Virus record (IMG/VR): IMGVR_UViG_3300031992_003405
Direction: 5' to 3' (one strand)
DNA: 20,000 bases
Origin: an uncultured virus (IMG/VR IMGVR_UViG_3300031992_003405)
Lineage: Duplodnaviria > Heunggongvirae > Uroviricota > Caudoviricetes
Positions 12,827 through 20,000 of this stretch are shown piece after piece. The notes beneath the pieces were generated by a model. That model saw only the letters and a program-made list of their open reading frames with translations, had not been told where the DNA came from and made no database searches. Position 1 is the first letter of the stretch; each line of letters starts with the position of its first letter. Made by a program: the position numbers and the translations under genes.

Positions 12827-12946
12827 TTTTACCAGTTTAACCAGTAAAATAATAGTTCCTTTTTACAACTAATCTAATGATTAATTGCTTGTAAAGTGTC
12901 TAAAATTAGGTTGTATAGATTTGTCCTAATATATGTTATTCTATGA

Positions 12947-12969
12947 TATATTAGCCTAACGCTAATATA
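12947..12969. other. 9-bp hairpin just downstream of the target gene stop codon
   Basis: tatattagc-ctaac-gctaatata, ~45 nt beyond the stop at 13013. The core tagcctaacgct is repeated at 12742-12753. Confidence 0.55.
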
Positions 12970-13012
12970 AATAGTTTATAAGTATACAAGAGTACAAATA
13001 TACTTAATACCT

Positions 13013-13423
13013 TTAATCAGCCACCATTACAAAATTTGGAACAAAACCGATGTATACATTCGCGTAATAAGAGCCACGCAGACCTGGCTCATTGGTCTTC
13101 CCTTGTGGCCCGCAATATTGCCCGACATAGAGTCCGTTTTCCCTCGGAGATCTTTCCCACCAATGAACGGCAGCGCCGAGATTAACTCCAGTAGCACCAG
13201 AAACAGGTGTATTTTTAGCATCAGCACCGCGAATGCGGTATGAAGCTGCGCTATTAGTAGTATAATAAGCATAACGAGCTTGCTTATTCTTTTCATAGCT
13301 ATTTGCATAGCTACGTTCACCGAAAATCTCAAACTCTGCCATTAAGAAAATATAATCGCTAGTATCATTAACATTACTCTCAGTGTCGGTAGCACCGCCC
13401 ACATTATCCGTATATTTTTTGAC
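13013..13423 (-). CDS. 3' part (exon 2, 136 aa) of a DUF6273/C-type-lectin-fold-like variable protein; contains the expressed variable region
   Basis: The frame of the 129-aa ORF extends upstream as VKKYTDNVGGATD.... The motifs KKYTDN..G, DYIFLMAEFEIFG, YANSYE...Q..YAYY, WWERSP and GFVPNF match my recollection of DUF6273-type phage/DGR target proteins. Joins exon 1 in frame as ...SYIKP|VKKYTDN.... Confidence 0.85.
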   Translation of the reverse strand, partial: VKKYTDNVGGATDTESNVNDTSDYIFLMAEFEIFGERSYANSYEKNKQARYAYYTTNSAASYRIRGADAKNTPVSGATGVNLGAAVHWWERSPRENGLYVGQYCGPQGKTNEPGLRGSYYANVYIGFVPNFVMVAD

Positions 13424-13825
13424 CTGATACTATATAAAATTTTCTTTATTTTTTATATTAATAATAATTTTATTTTACAAAATTTATTTAAAATTAATAA
13501 AAAAATATATTAATTTTAGTAAAATTGTTTAGATTAATAAAAACTTTAAATTAATAAAAATATTAGATTAATTCACTGTCCGTATACTTCATAAAATGCT
13601 TATTATTCTTGCATTTTAGCAATATTTATTATATATTATTTATTATATTTTTTTTATAATATTATATTTAATTATTTAATTTTAATACTTATAATAAATT
13701 CCCTTTTCACTATTATTATAATTATTAGTATTTATACTAATTATTTATATTCATCAATATTTAAAAGCTACTATTAAATTTTCACTTTACTATTATTATT
13801 ACTAATATTGCTACTAATACTTATA

Positions 13826-15259
13826 TTAACTAATAATATATTTTCCACGTTTTTGCAATAATTTTATATATTTATATCTACGTTCCAATTTTTTATTATT
13901 ATTTAATTGTTTTAATTGAAAACAGCCATTAGACCGTAAACTATTTATATAATATACTTGTCCTTTATGTTTTACTAAATCATATCTTCTAAAATTATAT
14001 GTTATATAAGGACATTGATTCTTCCGCTTTTTATTATTTTTATATATTTTATCCTTATATATCTTTCTATTATGATTTCTTACTTTTTTCATTAAATATA
14101 CTTTAGTATCGTTATTACTTCTTCGTAAACATTGATTAGCTATTATTCTTGCATCTATATGATGATCTTTTTCTAAATTATTCCTTTCTCGAATTAATTT
14201 AGTTTCATAGCCATATGTCTTTTCTATTTTCAGTTTTACTGATACACCTTTGGCGTCCGAGCATGCTCGGAAACCTACTTCATATCCTAATTTTATTAGT
14301 TCTTTATATATTCTATCCTTAAGCATATTTAATCTCGTATTTTCTTTATATTCTTTTATTTTAAATTTTATTTTTTTATTATTTTTTAGATATTCATGTA
14401 CTTGTTTATGACAATGTTCACATAAAGTAATTAAGTTTTCTGGTACATTAGTGCCGCCTTGAGACTTAGGTTTTATATGATGTACGTGTAATTTTATATT
14501 ATCTTTTTTTAAAATATCTAAAGATTTCTTACATTTTTGACAAGTATAATTATCTCTTTTTCTTACATAAGATTTAATATTTTCTTCATGATATAATAAT
14601 CCTTTTTTATAAGATTTAACCTTATCTATTTGCATATTAAATTGTATTAATTCACTTTTTAAGGATAAATTAGATAGATTATTATTATCAATAATATTAT
14701 TAGTATTAATAATATTATTATTACTTATATTATTACTTATATTATTACTTATATTATTATTCTTTAATTTACAAATATTAAAATTATTATATTCATATCT
14801 TATTTTATCTATATGTACATATTTATTAAAGAATTTAATAATATTAATATAAGTTAATAAGCTAGCTTGCATAGATGGTGGAATCCATCCATCTTTTTGT
14901 TTTCTATATATCTTTTTTCTATTATTCCACCTAGGAGGTCTATATCTTAATCTATTCCTTCTATTACGTCTAGCATTTCTTCTGGCTTCTAGTAATTTAG
15001 GTATATCTGTTCTTTGTTCTAACTGTGCCTCAAAGAGGACACGTTGTTTAGTAGTAATAGAAATACCAATTGTTTTGCCAGGATCAATGCCTATAGTAAC
15101 ATCTTGAAGTTTAGGATCATCGATTTGATAATTGAGTTTAATAGTGAAAGGAAAAAATTTAACGACTTTAGCTAATTTCTTTTTTAATAATATTCTAGCT
15201 TTAGCAGGATGACAAGGCATAAGCCTTGTACCATCTTTATTAAAAACAAAAACTATAAT
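13826..15259 (-). CDS. iscB: IscB RNA-guided endonuclease (IS200/IS605 OMEGA; RRXRR/PLMP, split RuvC and HNH)
   Basis: N-terminus IIVFVFNKDGTRLMPCHPAKARILLKK (PLMP-like); RuvC-I IGIDPG; Arg-rich bridge helix RRNARRNRRNRLRYRPPRWNNR; RuvC-II IRYE; HNH RDNYTCQKC..LHVHHIKPKSQGGTNVPENLITLCEHCH; TYGYETK; RuvC-III HHIDARII. The frame is open upstream of the ATG at 15220. AAGGAG (15272-15267) lies 7 nt before ATT 15259, suggesting a non-ATG start. Confidence 0.92.
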   Translation of the reverse strand: MIVFVFNKDGTRLMPCHPAKARILLKKKLAKVVKFFPFTIKLNYQIDDPKLQDVTIGIDPGKTIGISITTKQRVLFEAQLEQRTDIPKLLEARRNARRNRRNRLRYRPPRWNNRKKIYRKQKDGWIPPSMQASLLTYINIIKFFNKYVHIDKIRYEYNNFNICKLKNNNISNNISNNISNNNIINTNNIIDNNNLSNLSLKSELIQFNMQIDKVKSYKKGLLYHEENIKSYVRKRDNYTCQKCKKSLDILKKDNIKLHVHHIKPKSQGGTNVPENLITLCEHCHKQVHEYLKNNKKIKFKIKEYKENTRLNMLKDRIYKELIKLGYEVGFRACSDAKGVSVKLKIEKTYGYETKLIRERNNLEKDHHIDARIIANQCLRRSNNDTKVYLMKKVRNHNRKIYKDKIYKNNKKRKNQCPYITYNFRRYDLVKHKGQVYYINSLRSNGCFQLKQLNNNKKLERRYKYIKLLQKRGKYIIS

Positions 15260-15369
15260 AATTGCTCTCCTTTATTAAGGATTAAGTTATTATAAATAAT
15301 ATATAAAATGGGATATAACCCAAATTTATAATCAATTACTTATATATATTTTTTATGAATATATATAGT

Positions 15370-15610
15370 TATATAATCTCCCACGCTAAAATTATTCTGA
15401 GTTTAATAATTATATCACTGTTAACCTATAAACTGTTTAAATATAATCCGCAGATTTCTAACTAATAGCTAGGCGCTTTTTTAGCGCATCATTTTAAATA
15501 TAATTTAAAATGAAAATAAAGCTTCAAGCTGGAAGAACACTTAAAGATGCCTATATATTTCAGAATAATGTAGTCTATATTAGTATAGACTAAAGCTGAT
15601 GAATCAATCT
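15370..15610 (-). ncRNA. omegaRNA / HEARO-like RNA scaffold upstream of iscB
   Basis: Minus strand reads cagctttagtctata-ctaa-tatagactacattattctgaaatatataggcatctttaagtgttcttccagcttgaagcttt...ttaaacagtttataggttaacagtg...aaactcagaataattttagcgtgggagatt. This follows the HEARO/omegaRNA motif order as I recall it (AGACTACRTT, ATAGGCA, CCAG..AGCT, TTAAACAG, ACAGTG, GCG.GGGAGA). Long-range pairing ttattctga/tcagaataa (15560-15568 with 15392-15400). Position directly 5' of iscB is as expected. Boundaries approximate. Confidence 0.75.
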
Positions 15611-15657
15611 AAAAATTCTATTGATCTAAAAATTCTATTAATCTAAAAATTTTATTA
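15606..15657. repeat. Three ~17-bp tandem repeats at the 5' edge of the omegaRNA-like scaffold
   Basis: aatctaaaaattctatt / gatctaaaaattctatt / aatctaaaaattttatt. Confidence 0.7.
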
Positions 15658-15871
15658 GTTTAAAAAATTATTTTATTAACTTTTAAATTAATTATTAATA
15701 TTATTGAAAAATAGTTTTATAAAATATTGAAAATTTTATATTAATTAAGCTTTATTATTGAAAAATTATAAAAATAATTATTAAATTTATAATAAAGCAT
15801 AGATTATGTCATTATTATAATTAATAAAATATATTAATTATATTAAATTTTCCATTAATAAATTAATGTAC

Positions 15872-15934
15872 ATTTATTAATCGTTAAATATATATTAATA
15901 AAAAAACATTTTATATTAATATATATTATTGATA
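15872..15934. promoter_or_regulatory. Copy 1 of a ~62-bp direct repeat with an internal inverted repeat
   Basis: atttattaatcgttaaatatatattaata-N14-attaatatatattattgata; near-identical to 16908-16969. Confidence 0.55.
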
Positions 15935-15993
15935 AATTTTATAGAATATATCAATAATTATTATACTTATTAATAAACCCTAATATAAAATTA

Positions 15994-16818
15994 AGGTTTA
16001 ATATAAGACTTCCATGCTGGATCAATAGCGCTATGAAATTGCTTACAAATAAATGTACGCATATATGACATCTTCCAGCCACCAGAGTTACTATTAGTAA
16101 GATTCATACGGAAGCCAGCATCACTACCGGTTAGATATAATCTGTTATCAACAAATGCAATATCACCAGCAACATGTGCATCTGCGTTATCTCTTGTGAC
16201 GCGACGGCTAAGACTGAAATGAATAGAATTCTTACCATTAGTTTCTACAGTCGCATTATGATCAAAGCCGAGAATATATGCGCAGAAATTAGAATTATTT
16301 GAAAAAGTCTTATATCCAACTGTACCATTAAGCTTAATAGCTGCAGTATTACTACCTACACCGCCAGCATAATTAGAATTTTCAGGACCCCAATAGTTCT
16401 TATGTAATCCAGCATTAAGAATTGCTTGAATCTGTGCGGGTGAACATTGAGAAAGAACATGAGGAATGTTAGAAACGCTACCGGTATAAGTGTTAGGACC
16501 AATTGTAACTGTACGAGTCATAGCAGCATAACCATTAGTGGCATCTGCACCTACAGTAATAGTTAATGTTGCTGTAGTTGATGCTTCACTATAGCCGGAA
16601 GTTGTAGAAGTACGTTTAACAACGACTTCCTGATCATTAATAACTTCACAAGTATAATACGTGTTGGGAGTAACACTAGCACTAAGAGTGCCTTTACTTT
16701 CTGTTGAAACCCAGACAAAAACTTCATCATCAAAGTTATTAATATACGAAGGAATTACTGCAATTGAAGGATTCCAGGAAGCACCTGCATCCAAGCCGAT
16801 TACTTTTCCTAAAGCCAT
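15994..16818 (-). CDS. 5' part (exon 1, 275 aa) of the variable protein; T/S/V-rich, probably beta-sandwich N-terminus plus the start of the DUF6273-like domain (putative tail fibre, adhesin or receptor-binding protein)
   Basis: 275-aa ORF with higher GC than its surroundings. Motifs YILGFDHN, IHFSL, FRMNLTNSNSGGWKMSYMRTFIC and AWKSYIKP resemble the N-terminal half of DUF6273-like domains. The stop at 15991-15993 is the first codon of the insertion. Confidence 0.85.
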
Positions 16819-16907
16819 ATTATTTTCTATAATATGTTAATCTTTTTATTTATAAAAAGTATAAAGACTATCTAATTTATTTCATTTTTATTAAAAATAA
16901 TTACTTT

Positions 16908-16969
16908 ATTTATTAGTCGTTAAATATATATTAATATAAAAAAATTTTAATTAATATATATTATTGATA
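16908..16969. promoter_or_regulatory. Copy 2 of the ~62-bp direct repeat, ~90 bp upstream of the target gene start
   Basis: atttattagtcgttaaatatatattaata-N12-attaatatatattattgata; contains the 13-bp inverted repeat aatatatattaat/attaatatatatt. Confidence 0.55.
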
Positions 16970-17516
16970 TATTATTTAATTAATTTTTATAATTATACCA
17001 ATAAATTTTATATTAATGAGGTACTTAATATGAATTTAATAATATTTTTATGATAATATTTTTGTAATAATACCTCTTTTTTATTAATTTACTAGTTAAT
17101 TAGTTAATTAATTAACTAGTATAACAAATTTTATATAAAAATTAGTTTTTATATAGAAACATATTTCTAGTAAATATGTTTATTTTTTCCATTTATTTTA
17201 ATAGTAAATATTTTTAGTATTTTATTATTAAAACATAATAGAACAATAAACGATATTTACATTTTAATAATATATTTAATTTATCATTTTATTTAAAAAG
17301 AATTTTTTCTATAAAAAATGAAAAATTTCAGGGGTTGTTAAAGTAAACGCCAAGTTTTATTAATAAACACCAAACTTTTTTAATAAATTATGAAGTTTTT
17401 TAATCAATATTAAATTATTTATTATGATATAAATATTAATTATTTGTCGCGAAAAGAATTTTAAATATTATATTAAAATGAACAAATATTAATAAAATAT
17501 TTACTAAAATGAACAA

Positions 17517-17969
17517 TTATATTTTTAATTTTTTAATAGTGGTTATATTTATAGATTGAATTGTTGTAATGGCATTAGAAGTATCTTTAATAATTTTTAA
17601 TAATTTATCAAATATTTTACTAGATTCTTCTACGGATTTAAAAACAGTATTACCTTCATTAAGCATTTCGAAAAGAAAGATTACTTCAATTTTGAGATTG
17701 AATAATAATTGATTAGCTTTAGTTAATAGATTTTGTTTTTCTTTGAATTGTTCCATGGATAAGTCTTTAGATAATTTAATATATTCCGATTGAAGGCAAT
17801 AATTAGTAATTTTTTGCATTATATCTAATATATTATTAGTAATAACATATCTATAAGATTTAGGCATATGTCTAATAGTTTTATTAATCATTTTTCTTAA
17901 TTTAAAAGATAATTTAATATAGTCTTTGTCTAGCTGATAAGTTTTTAAGAATAAATCAATTACTTTCAT
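17517..17969 (-). CDS. avd: Avd-like (DGR accessory variability determinant) four-helix-bundle protein, ~150 aa
   Basis: Basic, apparently all-helical protein with the pattern L...I...I..MPKSYRYVI...I.......I......I.......Q...KQ..L.KAN..L..L...V....E, resembling the Avd/four-helix-bundle (F/M)PK..RY.L..I signature. Start placed at ATG 17969 after GAAAGGA; the ORF track starts at 17987. It is adjacent to a gene with a DGR-target-like C-terminus. Confidence 0.62.
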   Translation of the reverse strand: MKVIDLFLKTYQLDKDYIKLSFKLRKMINKTIRHMPKSYRYVITNNILDIMQKITNYCLQSEYIKLSKDLSMEQFKEKQNLLTKANQLLFNLKIEVIFLFEMLNEGNTVFKSVEESSKIFDKLLKIIKDTSNAITTIQSINITTIKKLKI

Positions 17970-18016
17970 TAATATTAATCCTTTCATTTACGTTTTTAAA
18001 TAATTAATAAAAAAAT

Positions 18017-18042
18017 AAAGCATATATATCGATATATGCTTT
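18017..18042. other. 11-bp inverted repeat between the avd-like start and array 2 (terminator or operator)
   Basis: aaagcatatat-atcg-atatatgcttt flanked by A and T tracts. Confidence 0.5.
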
Positions 18043-18079
18043 TTATATTAGAAGAATTTTTCTAGTTAGAATATATATT

Positions 18080-20000
18080 TAAGATCTCAGCAAACTACAG
18101 GTGATGCATTTTATCCGATTCAATGGTGTCGTTTAGCTTATGAAGTTGAAGGTCATTATCATGAGATAGAAGCAGGTGGTGCGTACAATGACTGGAGAAT
18201 ATGCGCTAGTTTCGGTTTTATTCTTTATAAAATTTACAAATTTATTAATAATAATGATCTTCAAATAGATGTGCAAATACGATGAGTCAAAATCATATGT
18301 TATGGTTACATTATGGTTATAAATATGGAGTAACCCAATATAGTGACAATGCATATTGGGTTAACAATTTTATTGTAAATTTTATATTAATTATAATAAT
18401 TTATTAATAAAAATTATCTCCGACGAAGAAAGCTTACTATCTTAAGGGTTATTGTACGATGGGTGATGCTGGTCCGCATCAAACATATGATCCATCTTAT
18501 GATTATGATACATCGGCAATGCTTGACTGGAGTATTGTTGATTACGGTTTTGTTCCAAATTTTATTAATAATTATTTTAAAGGCTTTTTATTAAATTTTT
18601 ATAATTCTAATTAATATTAATTTTTATAAAGATTTCCGTGGAAAGATCTGAGATTTGGAACTGAACCCGTGCAGGCATTTTTAGAACCGCAAGGACATGG
18701 TAATGACGACGTTCCGTTCGTTATCTGGATGTTTGCTTCTATCCACAATTCTGGTTTTGTTCCAAATATATTTTTTTATATTATAAATATATAATTAAAA
18801 AGATCTTTGGATGTATGTTATATATCGGCACATGCACAATGGCATGGTTTTGGTATTGGTTATGGACAAACTAATTTTTATACTCCTGTAAATGATGATT
18901 ATTCTGGTGGAACGAGAGGCGGTTCTTCGATTATTAATTTTGGTTTTATTTTTAATTTTATTAATAACTATTTAAAAACTTTTTATTAAATTTTTATAAT
19001 TCTAATTAATATTAATTTTTATAAAGATCTTTAGCAACATACCCTAATCCAAGTCAATATCCTGCGATAGAGATTGGAGATATAGGCGTACATGCTAGTT
19101 ATGAGCCGAAAAATGACTATGATACAACTAGTATTTTTGAATACAGTATACACAGTAATGATTTTGTTCCAATCTTGTATATTCAATTTTATATACTTCA
19201 ATTTTGTATAAATCTATTAAAAATTAAATTAATATAATACAAATGTTATAAATAATATAAAATCTATTTATTAATAATAAAAGATCTCTGAGAAAAGATG
19301 ATGGTAATATAGAAACTCGATCTACGTCTGGAACTTTAACTCCTAACACTGGTATTAATCATCATGATTATACGATGTATCAAGATAACGATTTCTTTTA
19401 TCACGATTTTATTTTTAATGGATTAAAAAAATATTTTTAATTTTGTATAAAGATTATATTAATTCAATAAATAAGATCTTCGTGTAATTCGCAATATGCT
19501 TACAGTGCTACACGATACTGGTGCAGGCAGTCACATGATATAGCTGATAACTTTGCGATAGCTCGCAAGGGAATTGACGAATATGAGACATCATCTAACG
19601 GTTTTATTCTAATATGTAAATAATAAAACAAATTTTAATTAATACTGAAATTTATTTTAATTCTATAATTAATCTCCGAATCATAACAGCATGGATCTTA
19701 ATATATTTATACCTCCCGTTTCAGCATTAGGTATAGAAGGGCATGATGATACTAGTGCATATGATTGGAAATATTTTCATTATAATGAGTTTCGGTTTTA
19801 TTTATGATAAAATCTAAATATTTTCAAAATATATAGTAAATATTCGTGACAATGATAAAAACATATTATAAAGATCTCTGACTTGGTTGACAAACTGGAT
19901 TGGAATTGCTTTTGGTACGATTGGAGATGCAGGACAGTTTTATAGTTATGATTCATCGCATGATTATGACGTTTCTGCCGTATTTGAGAGTGCTGTATGG
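18080..20000 (+). repeat. Array 2: about 10 variable-region cassettes in inverted orientation, truncated by the window edge
   Basis: Units start with aagatct-like anchors (18081, 18255, 18415, 18628, 18799, 19023, 19281, 19473, 19671, 19871). They end with cggttttgttccaa-like anchors (18213, 18358, 18545, 18752, 18941, 19159, 19404, 19599, 19793). Example translations: SPTKKAYYLKGYCTMGDAGPHQTYDPSYDYDTSAMLDWSIVDYGFVPN and RFPWKDLRFGTEPVQAFLEPQGHGNDDVPFVIWMFASIHNSGFVP. Confidence 0.92.

Larger units (their letters stand above)
13424..15993 (-). mobile_element. 2.57-kb insertion splitting the target gene; probable group I intron/IStron-like element carrying IscB
   Basis: Removing it restores a continuous ORF (CCT|GTC). 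The 5' junction folds as a P1-like helix, AAACCU|UAAU-uuuau-AUUA-GGGUUU, with the last exon U opposite G. The last inserted base is G (...UAUCAG|GUC). I could not identify the catalytic core (P3-P7) by eye. Confidence 0.7.

Noticed and set aside
13027..13332. 101-aa alternative-frame ORF
   Set aside because: It overlaps exon 2 in another frame. The conserved motifs and cassette frame support the 13013 frame.
13826..15259. Cas9 or TnpB call for the nuclease
   Set aside because: Too small for Cas9 and has no REC lobe. The PLMP-like N-terminus and HNH domain between RuvC motifs indicate IscB, and TnpB lacks HNH.

Overview
Very AT-rich window, probably phage or other mobile DNA (inference). It is dominated by what looks like a cassette-library diversification system. 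A minus-strand gene of about 411 aa has a DUF6273/C-type-lectin-like C-terminus ending HWWERSP-[variable]-GFVPNF. It is flanked by two arrays of short, startless cassettes: about 51 downstream in the same orientation (1-11131) and about 10 upstream in the opposite orientation (18080-20000, running off the edge). Each cassette carries a different ~30-45 codon segment between degenerate copies of the WERSP and GFVP anchors, in frame in the ones I translated. One cassette (6186-6310) is identical over 125 bp to the expressed variable region (13031-13155), which shows recent exchange between library and gene. A DGR Avd-like gene (17517-17969) lies next to the locus, but no reverse transcriptase or recombinase is visible in the window. 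The target gene is split at a P|V codon boundary by a 2.57-kb insertion (13424-15993) with group I intron-like splice-site hallmarks. That insertion encodes an apparently intact IscB (RuvC+HNH) and an omegaRNA/HEARO-like RNA. Family assignments are by-eye motif recognition, not database searches.
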